NCBI GenBank assembly: GCA_964651815.1
Contig: CAZYWG010000002.1
Location: 28,522-92,521 of the forward strand
Origin: an uncultured Gammaproteobacteria bacterium
GTDB taxonomy: Bacteria; Patescibacteriota; Microgenomatia; Levybacterales; GWA1-39-11
Direction of reading: 5' to 3'
Length of the DNA: 64,000 bases
Position 1 is the first letter of the stretch; each line of letters opens with the position of its first letter. A model generated the notes under the pieces. The model was not told the DNA's origin and did not search any database. It saw only the letters and a list, made by a program, of their open reading frames with translations. The translations under genes and the position numbers were made by a program. Positions 28,166 through 37,846 of the stretch are shown here, piece by piece.

Positions 28166-29455
28166 TCATCTTCCAACTCCCGTATAGTTGAAACCATCAC
28201 CTCTTAATTTCTTAGGATCATACATATTGCGAGCATCGATAATATTGGGTGACTTCATATTTTTTTTGACTTTCTCGAAATCCAGTTCTGCAAAATCATT
28301 CCAATCAGTAAGTACAATTAACAAATCTGCATTCTCTGTTGTTTCATAAATATTTTCGGCGTAAGTAACATTTGGTAAAATTTGCTTTGCATTTTCCATA
28401 GCTTCTGGGTCAAATGCTGTAACACTAGCTCCGTCGTTTATAAGCCATGAAATAATATCAATTGCCGGTGCATCTCTCATATCATCCGTGTTTGGTTTAA
28501 ACGCAAGACCTAATATTCCAATTTTTTTTCCACGGAGTTCACCTAAAATTTTTCGTGATTTTCTCACAATATCGCGTCTAGTTTGGTGATTTATATTTTC
28601 AACTTCAGAAAGCAATGAAAAAGCGTAGTCATTGTCTTTTGCAATGGATATTAACGCGCGTACGTCTTTTGGAAAACAGCTTCCGCCATATCCCGGACCC
28701 GGCGAGAGAAACAAATTACCTATTCTCTTATCCATTCCAATACCTTCTAAAACTCTTAACGCATCTGCACCAAGAAGTTCTGAAAGTTTTGCTATTGCGT
28801 TTGCGTAAGATATTTTGAGCGCAAGAAAAGAATTCGCAGCGTATTTTATAAGCTCAGCAGTCTCGAAATTAGTTAAAAGTACAGGTGCGTGAATTGGTTC
28901 ATGGAGTGAAACCAAAAGTTTTTGGGCCCTTGGATCTTCAGTTCCTATAATAACTCTATCTGGACCGACAGTATCGTTTATTGCACTCCCTTCTCGTAAG
29001 AATTCTGGAACCGATGCGTAAGAAACCTCAGCTCCTTCCGGCTTTGTTTCTTCTAAAATTCTTTGCACTTTCTTGTTAGTACCTATTGGAACCGTACTTT
29101 TTGTAGCAACAACAGTGTATCCTGAAAGATTTGCTCCAATCTTTTCCGCGACACCAAGAACTGCTGAAAGGTCCGCGTCCCCTGTTTTCATCGGAGGTGT
29201 CCCGACTGCAATAAAAACAATATCAGAATCGGAAATAGCGGGTGCGTAATCAAGAGTAAAAAATAACCTACCAGCTTTTATGTTTTTCATAACAAGTTCT
29301 GATAGACCAGGCTCAAATATTGGAATTACCCCTTTTTTTAAATTCTCAACTTTTTCCTTTGTATGTCCTATAACGTATACAGTATTACCAAAATCGGCAA
29401 AAACCGCAGCAGTTACAAGACCTACGTATCCATGTCCTATGAATGTTATTTTCAT
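28166..29455 (-). CDS. ugd: UDP-glucose 6-dehydrogenase (UDP-Glc/GDP-Man dehydrogenase family)
   Basis: MKITFIGHGYVGLVTAAVFADFG, GGSCFPKD catalytic Cys motif, and GLAFKPNTDDMRDAP. Confidence 0.85.
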   Translation of the reverse strand: MKITFIGHGYVGLVTAAVFADFGNTVYVIGHTKEKVENLKKGVIPIFEPGLSELVMKNIKAGRLFFTLDYAPAISDSDIVFIAVGTPPMKTGDADLSAVLGVAEKIGANLSGYTVVATKSTVPIGTNKKVQRILEETKPEGAEVSYASVPEFLREGSAINDTVGPDRVIIGTEDPRAQKLLVSLHEPIHAPVLLTNFETAELIKYAANSFLALKISYANAIAKLSELLGADALRVLEGIGMDKRIGNLFLSPGPGYGGSCFPKDVRALISIAKDNDYAFSLLSEVENINHQTRRDIVRKSRKILGELRGKKIGILGLAFKPNTDDMRDAPAIDIISWLINDGASVTAFDPEAMENAKQILPNVTYAENIYETTENADLLIVLTDWNDFAELDFEKVKKNMKSPNIIDARNMYDPKKLRGDGFNYTGVGR

Positions 29456-30384
29456 TGCGTTTTAATTTTTTTCAGGGCTTCAAAAAAATCCGTCACTTGA
29501 AAACCTAAGTCTCTAAGTTTATCATTTTCAAGCATTACTTTAAAGGGTCGATTAGCCCTCCCGTGATAGAGATCTGCCCGTGTTGTAAGCTCAATTTTAG
29601 ATTCCGGAAGGCCAAACTCCCGTGCAATCGCAATACCAATCTCATAAGGCGAAAGAAAATTTTTTCCAACAAGATGAATCAATCCCGAAACATTGTTTTC
29701 TATTAAAAAATTAATTCCTCCCGCAATATCTTCTATAAATGTTGGGGTAATTATTTGGTCCGATATCAGCTTAACTACCTCACGTGTGCCTAATAAATCA
29801 ACCAAATTCCAAATTAAATCCTTTTTAAGGCTGCTTTTATACCCAAAAGGATAAGAAATTCTACATGTTAAAGAATCATTGTTCAGAACTTTCTCTCCGT
29901 AAAATTTTGTTTGTCCATACCAATCAATCGGGTCAGGTATGTCAGCTTCTGAATATCTACCCTCTTTTTCTCCGTTAAATACAAAATCGGTTGATATATA
30001 TATTATTTTTAGATTATTTTTAATTGCGTAATCGGAAAGATTTTTTGTTCCAACTGTATTTATCCCGAATGCGGATTTAGACTTTTTCCAGAAATCTAGA
30101 TCAATTTTTTCAAAATCTATCTCTCCATCTATGTATGCTTTTTGTTTTTCAAGTAACTTAATGTCACTTTCGCGATCATCCTCACAAGAATCTACGTTTG
30201 TTTTTGCTGCAAAATGAAGAATAAGGCTCGGTTTTTTTTGCGATAAAAATTTATGCAGATGACGTCTGTCAGTAATATCTACTCCGTATGACGAAGATAT
30301 TGGAATGAGTTCATAACGACTTTTAAATAAATCAAAAAACCTGGAACCTACAAGGCCGGTCGCGCCAGTTATTGCTACTTTCAT
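29452..30384 (-). CDS. rfbD: dTDP-4-dehydrorhamnose reductase-like (RmlD family, with an insertion)
   Basis: MKVAITGATGLVGSRF, a YGQTK YxxxK motif and an RmlD substrate-binding C-terminus. Overlaps ugd and rmlB by 4 nt each. Confidence 0.65.
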   Translation of the reverse strand: MKVAITGATGLVGSRFFDLFKSRYELIPISSSYGVDITDRRHLHKFLSQKKPSLILHFAAKTNVDSCEDDRESDIKLLEKQKAYIDGEIDFEKIDLDFWKKSKSAFGINTVGTKNLSDYAIKNNLKIIYISTDFVFNGEKEGRYSEADIPDPIDWYGQTKFYGEKVLNNDSLTCRISYPFGYKSSLKKDLIWNLVDLLGTREVVKLISDQIITPTFIEDIAGGINFLIENNVSGLIHLVGKNFLSPYEIGIAIAREFGLPESKIELTTRADLYHGRANRPFKVMLENDKLRDLGFQVTDFFEALKKIKTQ

Positions 30385-31394
30385 GAATTTTTATATTGTT
30401 TTTCATAGTATTTCTTATATTCACCATCCTTAACGTCGCGCCACCACATCTCATTATCGCGATACCAATTAACGGTTTTCTCGAGCCACTCATCAAAACC
30501 ATGAAGAGGCTGCCATCCCAGTTCTGTCTTAATTTTTGACCAATCCACAGCGTATCTCCTGTCATGCCCGGGCCTGTCTGCAACAAATTCAATCATGTCA
30601 TCCGACATTCCCAACAAGTGAATTATTTTTTTTGCTACATCTAAATTTGAAATGTCCTCTGTTAAACCTCCTACAACATATGTTTCCCCAATTCTGCCAT
30701 TATTCAAAACTGCATCGATTGCCCGGGCATGGTCCTCAACATACAGCCAATCTCTTACATACAATCCATCGCCATAAATCGGAATTTTTTTACCTTCAAG
30801 TAAATTAGTTATAGCCAGAGATATAACTTTTTCTGGAAATTGATAAGGGCCAAAATTATTTGAACAATTTGTGATGGTAAACGGTAAATTAAAAGTATGT
30901 CCATACGAACGGACTAGATGATCCGAACCGGCTTTGCTTGCTGAATAAGGACTTCTGGGGTCATAAGGTGTTCGTTCATTAAATTTGTTCATGTCTCCCA
31001 ACTCAAGCGCTCCAAAGACTTCATCAGTTGATACATGATGAAATCTTTTTACGTTATTTTTGAGTGAAGCGTCAAGCAAAACTTGAGTCCCAACCACATT
31101 TGTCAAAACAAACTGCGCGGGATCATGTATGGAGCGGTCAACGTGGCTTTCGGCGGCAAAATGCACAACCGTGTCGATTCCCATCATGACGCTATTAACT
31201 TCATCTACATTTGTAATATCCCCCTTAACAAATTTATAATTGGGATTTTTTTCAACTTCCGTAAGGTTTTCAAGATTCCCGGCGTATGTCAATTTATCAA
31301 AATTAATGATTTCATCATGAGGGTGATTTTTAATCCAATACAATATGAAATTTGATCCAATAAAACCTGCTCCGCCGGTAACAAGAAGTTTCAT
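30381..31394 (-). CDS. rfbB: dTDP-glucose 4,6-dehydratase
   Basis: MKLLVTGGAGFIGSNFI...DKLTYAGNLENL, YSASKAGSD, FHHVSTDEVFG. Confidence 0.88.
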   Translation of the reverse strand: MKLLVTGGAGFIGSNFILYWIKNHPHDEIINFDKLTYAGNLENLTEVEKNPNYKFVKGDITNVDEVNSVMMGIDTVVHFAAESHVDRSIHDPAQFVLTNVVGTQVLLDASLKNNVKRFHHVSTDEVFGALELGDMNKFNERTPYDPRSPYSASKAGSDHLVRSYGHTFNLPFTITNCSNNFGPYQFPEKVISLAITNLLEGKKIPIYGDGLYVRDWLYVEDHARAIDAVLNNGRIGETYVVGGLTEDISNLDVAKKIIHLLGMSDDMIEFVADRPGHDRRYAVDWSKIKTELGWQPLHGFDEWLEKTVNWYRDNEMWWRDVKDGEYKKYYEKQYKNS

Positions 31395-31400
31395 AAATGT

Positions 31401-32135
31401 TTAGAGTTCGTTGGCCTTTACTTTTTCTGCAACCAAATTATTTGCGCGGAGGAGTTCATCATGAGAAGTCCCAGCATCTATCCACCAATCTAAAAGTTCA
31501 CATTTCAAAGTCCCTTCTTTGAGATATTCATTATTAAGGTCCGTCACTTCCAATTCACCTCTTTTTGACGGTTTTAACTTACTTATAAAATCAAAAACGC
31601 GGTTGTCATACATATATACTCCGGTCTGTGCTATATTTGATTTTGGGTTCTCGGGTTTTTCTTCAATTGAAATTACTTTACCTTTTTCGTCCATTTCTAT
31701 CACTCCGTACTGGCCGGATTTTGTTGGCATTATCATCCCAAAAACAGTTGCACCCTTTTCTTGTTTCTCAAATTCATTCACTATATCGCTCAGATTAAAT
31801 CCGAATATTCCATCTCCCAGTAATACTAAAATTTGTTCGTTATCCGAAAACTCTTTGGCGAGAAGCATTGCTTCTGCAATACCCCCCGGTTTGTCCTGCA
31901 CGGTAAAATAAAGTCTCAACCCAAATTCCTCCCCAGATTTTAACAAACTAGTAAACTGTCCTGCATGATCTGGCGATGAGGAAATAAGCACTTCCTTTAT
32001 TCCCGCGCGAACCATAGATTCGATTGGGTAATAAATCATTGGCTTATTGTAAACCGGAAGCAAATGTTTATTGGTAACAAGGGTTAATGGTCTGAGTCTG
32101 GTTGCAAGTCCACCTGCGAGTATTACACCTTTCAT
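31401..32135 (-). CDS. rfbA: glucose-1-phosphate thymidylyltransferase (short RmlA)
   Basis: MKGVILAGGLATRLRPLTLVTNKHLLPVYNKPMIYYP...EEKPENPKSNIAQTGVYMYD...PSKRGELEVTD. The start was taken at ATG 32135, which forms ATGA coupling with the upstream small ORF. The track's longer start at 32165 is less likely. Confidence 0.8.
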   Translation of the reverse strand: MKGVILAGGLATRLRPLTLVTNKHLLPVYNKPMIYYPIESMVRAGIKEVLISSSPDHAGQFTSLLKSGEEFGLRLYFTVQDKPGGIAEAMLLAKEFSDNEQILVLLGDGIFGFNLSDIVNEFEKQEKGATVFGMIMPTKSGQYGVIEMDEKGKVISIEEKPENPKSNIAQTGVYMYDNRVFDFISKLKPSKRGELEVTDLNNEYLKEGTLKCELLDWWIDAGTSHDELLRANNLVAEKVKANEL

Positions 32136-32344
32136 ATTTTTCCAACGGAAAGAAACAAAAAGCAAGCAAAAATTAAGATGCTTACAAGAATATATTCTAC
32201 CACAATTTTTGTTCTGAGTGTGTGGTGAAGCTTATGATGAAAAGTGCCTACCAATGTGTATATTACTAGAATAACAATTAATGCTGTTTCTTGAGCGTGA
32301 AAATTGTAAGACAAGCGATAAACAAAGAAGAATCCGATAAGCAA
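32132..32344 (-). CDS. small (70-aa) two-TM membrane protein, translationally coupled to rmlA
   Basis: Its TGA stop overlaps the rmlA ATG (ATGA). Hydrophobic, with an HHKLHH motif. No homology recognised. Confidence 0.4.
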   Translation of the reverse strand: MLIGFFFVYRLSYNFHAQETALIVILVIYTLVGTFHHKLHHTLRTKIVVEYILVSILIFACFLFLSVGKI

Positions 32345-32394
32345 AATTAAAAGCTCAATAACATAATAAAGCTGGTGCGGAAATTTGACGCGGC

Positions 32395-33339
32395 TTATAT
32401 GATTACCCCTCCTTTTAGAATTATCATGAACAAGATAAACGTAAGAATTAACATTATATGGTCAAGATTATGCCCAACAATTCTTGGAATTTTTTTCCGC
32501 TCTATTATTACCAAATCCATAAGAAGCCCAAATCCTATAAAGGATAGGGCAACGCTTGTTGCGGCTTTTGAAGTTATTGAAACATCAATTTTTGGCTTGT
32601 TAACTACAGCAGTATGTGCAGGTTGCGATGCGGAGGCGGTTTTTACAACAACTTTTGCTTGAATAGGAGTTGGTGTTGGCAAAACTTTTGGACTTTGAGC
32701 GTTTGTTTCTTGACCCGCTACATTTGACTGAGCTGACGCAGTTGTAGCAGGCGGTAAAACGGCAAGATTTTCACCGGCTGTTGAACCAAATTCCTGAACA
32801 ATTAAAACTGTATCTTCACCCTGCAATGTACCGGGCACTACTGCAAAGCCTACGTCCTTAAAATGAGTTGATAAAATATTTTCCCGGTGTGATGATGAAT
32901 TCATCCACGCGTTGACTGCTGACGACGAATCAGTAAAACCTTTAGCTAAATTTTCGCCTGCAAATTGATAATTATACCCTGCAGCGCGTATAAATCCCCA
33001 TGGGGAAGTTGATCCGTCTGGCGCAAAATGCGCCCAGTAATTTTTCTGGAACATGTCAGCCGCTTTTCTTCTTGCAGCGTCTGCCAACTCTGAATTTTCA
33101 ACCAAAGCAGGCAATCCATTTGATACTCTCTGTTGATTAACAAGTGCAAGCAGGTCACTTTCTGATATTGAATATGAAACACCTAAGACGTCCGGATGCG
33201 ATTTATTAATGTTGTACCCCAAAAACGTAACGCTGAATATAAAAAGAATGATTATTACAAGACTCGAATGGTGCAATACCCGGGCGCGGTGATTATTTCT
33301 CTTGTGGGGAGTAAGCAAGTGCTTTAGAAACTTAATCAT
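32395..33339 (-). CDS. CAP/SCP (YkwD-like) domain protein with an N-terminal signal anchor, PT-containing linker and C-terminal TM helix
   Basis: LVNQQRVSNGLPALVENSELADAARRKAADMFQKNYWAHF...GENLAKGF...AVNAWMNSSSHRENIL...HFKDVGFAV, a classic CAP domain. Confidence 0.7.
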   Translation of the reverse strand: MIKFLKHLLTPHKRNNHRARVLHHSSLVIIILFIFSVTFLGYNINKSHPDVLGVSYSISESDLLALVNQQRVSNGLPALVENSELADAARRKAADMFQKNYWAHFAPDGSTSPWGFIRAAGYNYQFAGENLAKGFTDSSSAVNAWMNSSSHRENILSTHFKDVGFAVVPGTLQGEDTVLIVQEFGSTAGENLAVLPPATTASAQSNVAGQETNAQSPKVLPTPTPIQAKVVVKTASASQPAHTAVVNKPKIDVSITSKAATSVALSFIGFGLLMDLVIIERKKIPRIVGHNLDHIMLILTFILFMIILKGGVII

Positions 33340-33368
33340 ACATCCATCATAGCAAAAATTGAATTTTA

Positions 33369-33680
33369 TTAATATTCTGGAAGTTCTATTTCTCCAATTT
33401 TTTTACCATTTATTTTTATAGACGAACTAAATGAAAGTGCATTCGCTATTGAAATTCCAACCCTAAGACCCGTGAATGACCCAGGGCCTTTTTCAATTTT
33501 AATCTCATCAATTTCATTTGTTTTTAAACCGGATTTTTTTAAAAGTTTTTCAATTAATGGAAGAGTTGCCTGCGCCTTTTGTACGTTTGCTTCCGACTCC
33601 TCAATAAATTCTTGTTTGTTTGTTTTGATTCTAACAATTATCCTACTGTTATCTCTTGTATCTATATATAAAATATTCAT
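33369..33680 (-). CDS. tsaB: tRNA t6A biosynthesis protein TsaB (YeaZ), minimal N-domain-only form
   Basis: MNILYIDTRDN...EIKIEKGPGSFTGLRVGISIANAL. Confidence 0.75.
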   Translation of the reverse strand: MNILYIDTRDNSRIIVRIKTNKQEFIEESEANVQKAQATLPLIEKLLKKSGLKTNEIDEIKIEKGPGSFTGLRVGISIANALSFSSSIKINGKKIGEIELPEY

Positions 33681-33703
33681 CTTTTTCTATTTTCGATTTA
33701 ACG

Positions 33704-34282
33704 CTAAAAGCTGACTTTCACAGCGCCATCCCTTAAAATTTTAAACGGCATTTTTGTACAATCTACAACCGTTGAGCTTTGTTTTATGGTACAGCGTCCA
33801 AGAATTACATAATCCACCAATTCGACGAGCTTCGGGTCGAGGTCTGATATTTTTAATGGAGTCAAACCTCCGGAAAAATTTGCCGAGGGAGCCAAAATCG
33901 GTACACCGACTTTTTTAATTAACTTCAGGAGTGTTTTGTGGTTTGGCATTCGAATTCCAATTGTGTCACCACCACCACGAGCAGGACTCGGAATTTTTTC
34001 TTTCCTACATTTTAAAACAATAGTCAAACCACCGGGCCAATACTTATCCATAAGAAAACGTACTTCCGGGTCTATTTTGTCTACGTATTCCTCTGCCATT
34101 TCAATTGATGAAACAAGTACCGGGACAGCTTTATAGTGTGGCCTTTTGCGAATTTCAAACAAACGCGCGACAGATTTCTCATAGTCAATTCTGCACCCTA
34201 TTCCAAATACGGTATCTGTTGGAAAAATAACTATTCCTCCCTTTTTAATAATTTCTGACGCTTGTTCTAAGTTTTTATCCAT
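33704..34282 (-). CDS. tsaC: L-threonylcarbamoyladenylate synthase (TsaC/YrdC/Sua5 family)
   Basis: GGIVIFPTDTVFGIGC...GGLTIVLK...APSANFSG YrdC fold motifs. Confidence 0.85.
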   Translation of the reverse strand: MDKNLEQASEIIKKGGIVIFPTDTVFGIGCRIDYEKSVARLFEIRKRPHYKAVPVLVSSIEMAEEYVDKIDPEVRFLMDKYWPGGLTIVLKCRKEKIPSPARGGGDTIGIRMPNHKTLLKLIKKVGVPILAPSANFSGGLTPLKISDLDPKLVELVDYVILGRCTIKQSSTVVDCTKMPFKILRDGAVKVSF

Positions 34283-34736
34283 GTTTTAAAAAAGTAATTC
34301 GTCGTTTATTGTCTCCGATAATTTCAAAATTTATTTTCCATGTGTATTCTATCTTAGACCTGTCCCCCCATTCAATTAAAAATACTCCTTCATGATCTTC
34401 AAGAATTTCATCCAAACCTAAACCTTTTATTTCTTTCACATCTTCTAGTCGATACAAATCAATATGATACAAAGTTTTAATGTCTTGCCGTTCTCCTTTG
34501 AATTTTGATTCAACTTCGTGTTTACGAATTAAAACAAATGTTGGTGAAATAATTCTTCCTCTTATATTGAAATGCTTAGCAATTCCTTGTGTGAAAGTTG
34601 TTTTCCCCGCTCCCAACTCTCCTATGAGAAATATTTTGTCCCCGGGTTTTATGTCTTTTGCAAAATTTTCACCGGCTTTAATTGTTTGATTTGTGTCTTC
34701 CGTCAGGAGGATCTTTGATTCTTCCATATTCATCAA
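34275..34736 (-). CDS. tsaE: tRNA t6A biosynthesis ATPase TsaE (YjeE)
   Basis: Walker A GELGAGKTTFTQGIAK, then SPTFVLI and HIDLYRL motifs. Confidence 0.85.
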   Translation of the reverse strand: MMNMEESKILLTEDTNQTIKAGENFAKDIKPGDKIFLIGELGAGKTTFTQGIAKHFNIRGRIISPTFVLIRKHEVESKFKGERQDIKTLYHIDLYRLEDVKEIKGLGLDEILEDHEGVFLIEWGDRSKIEYTWKINFEIIGDNKRRITFLKHG

Positions 34737-34757
34737 AAATTGGGCAAATTTAGTTAT

Positions 34758-35636
34758 TTACTTTCCAATTTTTTGGCGGAGAAAGGATACTATTTTATCT
34801 CCAAACTGAAAGTAAGCAAGTATGCCACACACCGCCAAGAATATCAAACCTAAAACAATAAAAATAACCGGTTGGACTGATGTTGATATTCCTAATACTT
34901 CAGTTTTAACCGCTTTTGTAGGAGTACCTTGTTTGAATATATTGTTGCCCGCATCTGATCCTAGCTTAAGACTTGAATTTGGATCATCAGTTGGTGTGGG
35001 ACCTCTTTCCGAATTCGGATCATTACTTAAAGTTTTATTCCCTAGAGCAGGCGTTTTAGTAGGAGTTGGAGCAGACGTTGGAACTTTGGTTGGCGTCGCA
35101 CTAGGTGCAGGTGTTGGAGTTGGTGTTTTTGTAGGTGTAGGTGCGTTAGTTGGTACGGGAGTTGCCGTTGGAGGTGGAGCAGAATTAGTCGCTCCCTCTG
35201 TCGAATCAGTATTATTTACAAACGAACCCGTACCATTTGGAATTCTTGACCAAGATTTATCTTGCGTTGTCGAATCAAACGACATGGAATCGATTGTCTG
35301 GCCAGAATCATCTTTCAACTCGACACCATCCCCGGTATTATTAAGTGATATTCCTGTTGTTTGTTTGTTAAACGAAATATATGCTCCTGCAGACAAACTA
35401 TTCTCTGGTATTGTATAAGTATTGGTCGAACCTGTTGTATCCGAAATTTTCCAGTTTGTAATTGAAACAGAGTCAGATCCATTATTAAATAGTTCGATAA
35501 ATTCTGAATCCTCGGATGAAGATCCGCTGGGGTTAGGAAAAACCTCATTTATTACAACATTTGAAGCAAAAACGCTTCTCGGGAAAAAATAGAAAATCAA
35601 AAAAAGAATTGATAACGTCTGAAGAATCTTCCTCAT
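34758..35636 (-). CDS. secreted lamin-tail-domain (LTD) protein with a long Pro/Thr linker and C-terminal TM anchor
   Basis: Signal peptide, then VVINEVFPNPSGSSSEDSEFIELFNNGSDSVSITNWKISD (LTD signature). This is followed by about 45 aa of PTPT repeats and a C-terminal hydrophobic helix. Confidence 0.7.
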   Translation of the reverse strand: MRKILQTLSILFLIFYFFPRSVFASNVVINEVFPNPSGSSSEDSEFIELFNNGSDSVSITNWKISDTTGSTNTYTIPENSLSAGAYISFNKQTTGISLNNTGDGVELKDDSGQTIDSMSFDSTTQDKSWSRIPNGTGSFVNNTDSTEGATNSAPPPTATPVPTNAPTPTKTPTPTPAPSATPTKVPTSAPTPTKTPALGNKTLSNDPNSERGPTPTDDPNSSLKLGSDAGNNIFKQGTPTKAVKTEVLGISTSVQPVIFIVLGLIFLAVCGILAYFQFGDKIVSFLRQKIGK

Positions 35637-35700
35637 GAATTATGCTTATAGAAGTCTATCAAAAAGTAGGATAATTTCAAAATGCAAAAATTTAACTTTT

Positions 35701-36972
35701 TTAATTTACAACAACTTTGTCAATTTCAAAAATACTTGCAACGGAATAGTGGTCTGTAAAACTTATATCTTTCCCATTTGGAATATATGGGTCTCGCATT
35801 GTATAACTACCACCAGAACCGCTTTTAATGACAACGAAATGCGTCCCACCATATGCATGAATTCCAACTATTGCAGGATTCCCGCCGGATAACGCATCAT
35901 CTAACGCAGAACCTGTTCTTGATGCTGTTGCGCCGTCCGCATGAACTGTATACAAAAGGTATGCTGGATAATAAGATGCAAAATTACCGGGGTCGGAATT
36001 AATAGAGATAGGCGTGACTCCGTGATGACCGTAATGTGTAAATATCATCGCAACTGACGTAACCAAACAGCCGTCGGACGCGATTGTGTATTGTGTACCG
36101 TTGAGCGACAAACCACCCCATTGAGTGTCACGCTGGTTATAATAACAACCCCAGTCATCACATGATGTTTGGCCAGATAGTAAGGAAGATCCACCAAGGT
36201 TTGCGGTAAATTTGGAAAAGCCTGCTAACTGCGCCTGGGCTGCGGCAAGCAATTTTTCATAACTTGATTCATTCCCTTGAGTTTGGGCGAGCAAGGTTTG
36301 CTTATCTTTTTTCTGACCATCAAGCTGGTCTGTGTAATCAGAAAGTTTTTTATTTAATGCCTCCGCTTGAGCTTCCTCACCCTGATAAATTGTTTTTTGG
36401 TTTGTGTAATCGTTTTTATTTTGTTCAGCAGCGTATACCTTCCGCTTATCGTAAACCTGGACGATTCTAAGATATGTTAGCCGCTTGAATACATCGGCAA
36501 GATTTGTTGCAGACAAAAAAATCTCCCATGGCTTTATAGTCCCAACCTGATAAACTGCCGCAATTCTGGCAATTAAAACTTTTGTAGAAGAGTCAATATC
36601 GTGTTGTAAATTGGCTACTTTCCCTTTAGCAATTTCTATATCCTTGTTTAAATTTGTAATTTGATCTTTAGTTGCTTCAATTCGGAGCTCAGTTAATTTT
36701 ATTTGATTGTCCATTATTCCAATTTGTGAATTGAGTGTTTTTTCCTGTCCTTGAAGATCCGTTATTTTCTGCTGATATTCTTTTATTTGTTTTTCGAGAT
36801 CTGCCTGCGCTGCCGAATTATCCTGACTAGGAGTTGGGGTAGCACTAGGCGTTGGAGTTGGATCATCCGCGTAAACTAAACAAAATCTTGCTGCAAAAAG
36901 AGCAACAAAAGAAATTATTATAGTGGCAATTAGAAAATTTTTAAATCCTGAATCTTTTGACCATTTAACCAT
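35701..36972 (-). CDS. PcsB/EnvC-like coiled-coil protein with a C-terminal papain-like (peptidase C39_2-like) domain; putative FtsEX-controlled peptidoglycan hydrolase
   Basis: N-terminal TM helix, PT linker and about 200 aa of heptad-rich coiled coil. The C-terminus carries SDGCLVTSVAMIFTHYG (Cys motif) and GGTHFVVI (His). Lies immediately downstream of ftsX. Confidence 0.6.
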   Translation of the reverse strand: MVKWSKDSGFKNFLIATIIISFVALFAARFCLVYADDPTPTPSATPTPSQDNSAAQADLEKQIKEYQQKITDLQGQEKTLNSQIGIMDNQIKLTELRIEATKDQITNLNKDIEIAKGKVANLQHDIDSSTKVLIARIAAVYQVGTIKPWEIFLSATNLADVFKRLTYLRIVQVYDKRKVYAAEQNKNDYTNQKTIYQGEEAQAEALNKKLSDYTDQLDGQKKDKQTLLAQTQGNESSYEKLLAAAQAQLAGFSKFTANLGGSSLLSGQTSCDDWGCYYNQRDTQWGGLSLNGTQYTIASDGCLVTSVAMIFTHYGHHGVTPISINSDPGNFASYYPAYLLYTVHADGATASRTGSALDDALSGGNPAIVGIHAYGGTHFVVIKSGSGGSYTMRDPYIPNGKDISFTDHYSVASIFEIDKVVVN

Positions 36973-36985
36973 GTGACCATTTATT

Positions 36986-37846
36986 TTACTTTAAGTATCG
37001 AAGAACTGCCAAATAGCTTGCGAATGCTCCAAGGGACATTGCTACTAGAATCTCAAGAGCTAATAGTTCTAGGAGAATTATTGGAGAAAGTGGAAAAATC
37101 GCAATACCATTTAAAAATGTTTCTATCCCTGGTGAAAAGTAATAAAAAAGAGCAATTGAACTGAGTCCTCCAATGACAGATCCCAAAAGTCCGTAAAACG
37201 CCCCTTCTGCTAAAAATGGCGCTCTAATAAACCAATTAGATGCTCCAATTAGCTTCATTATTTCAATTTCTTCTTTTCTAACCGTAATTTTTATTCCAAT
37301 TATTGTAATTATCATAAGAACTGAAACAACCAAAAGAATTCCAATAACGCCAAGTCCTATTCTTCTGAAAGCATCAGTCCAAGAAATTAGCTTATTTACC
37401 ACATCTTTTTGGAATGCTATTTGCTCAACAATATCTGATTTTTGAACTATAGTTGCGAGACTTGATAAATCCTCTGCCTGTAACGACTGTACTTCAATTG
37501 ATGCCGGCAAAATATCGGCTGTTACTAGATCAAGAAGTATAGGATCACTCTTATTTTGCTCTTTATAAAATTTAAGAGCTTCATCTTTTGAAACAAAGGT
37601 GACAGATGATGTTTTACCTGTTGATTCAAGCTGTTTTTCAAGTGACGTAATTTGTTGCATAGTAGTTGTATCCTTAAAGAAAACCGTGAGCTGGGGTTTT
37701 GATTCAAAATATGAAACAAGGCGTAGCGAAAGAATTGTTAAAATTGCAAAAACAGAAATTGCAAAAAAAGTAAGACTCATAATTGCCGCTGCAGATATTG
37801 CTTGATAAGGGGACCTTCTTATATATTTTGAAACGGTTTTTATCAT
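36986..37846 (-). CDS. ftsX: cell-division ABC transporter permease FtsX
   Basis: One N-terminal TM helix, a large extracytoplasmic loop and three C-terminal TM helices (MKLIGASNWFIRAPFLAEGAFYG). Overlaps ftsE by 4 nt. Confidence 0.85.
   Translation of the reverse strand: MIKTVSKYIRRSPYQAISAAAIMSLTFFAISVFAILTILSLRLVSYFESKPQLTVFFKDTTTMQQITSLEKQLESTGKTSSVTFVSKDEALKFYKEQNKSDPILLDLVTADILPASIEVQSLQAEDLSSLATIVQKSDIVEQIAFQKDVVNKLISWTDAFRRIGLGVIGILLVVSVLMIITIIGIKITVRKEEIEIMKLIGASNWFIRAPFLAEGAFYGLLGSVIGGLSSIALFYYFSPGIETFLNGIAIFPLSPIILLELLALEILVAMSLGAFASYLAVLRYLK

Noticed and set aside
31401-32165. Longer track start for rmlA at 32165 (MLFVSFRWKNMKGV...)
   Set aside because: The N-terminal 10 residues are non-conserved. 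Using ATG 32135 yields the canonical MKGVILAGG start and a perfect ATGA overlap with the upstream 70-aa membrane ORF.
34822-35418. 198-aa + strand ORF rich in GVG/VGV repeats
   Set aside because: It lies exactly antisense to the Pro/Thr-linker of the LTD gene (34758-35636). The low-complexity translation is a mirror artefact of the PTPT codons. The sense gene has a clear LTD domain and signal peptide.
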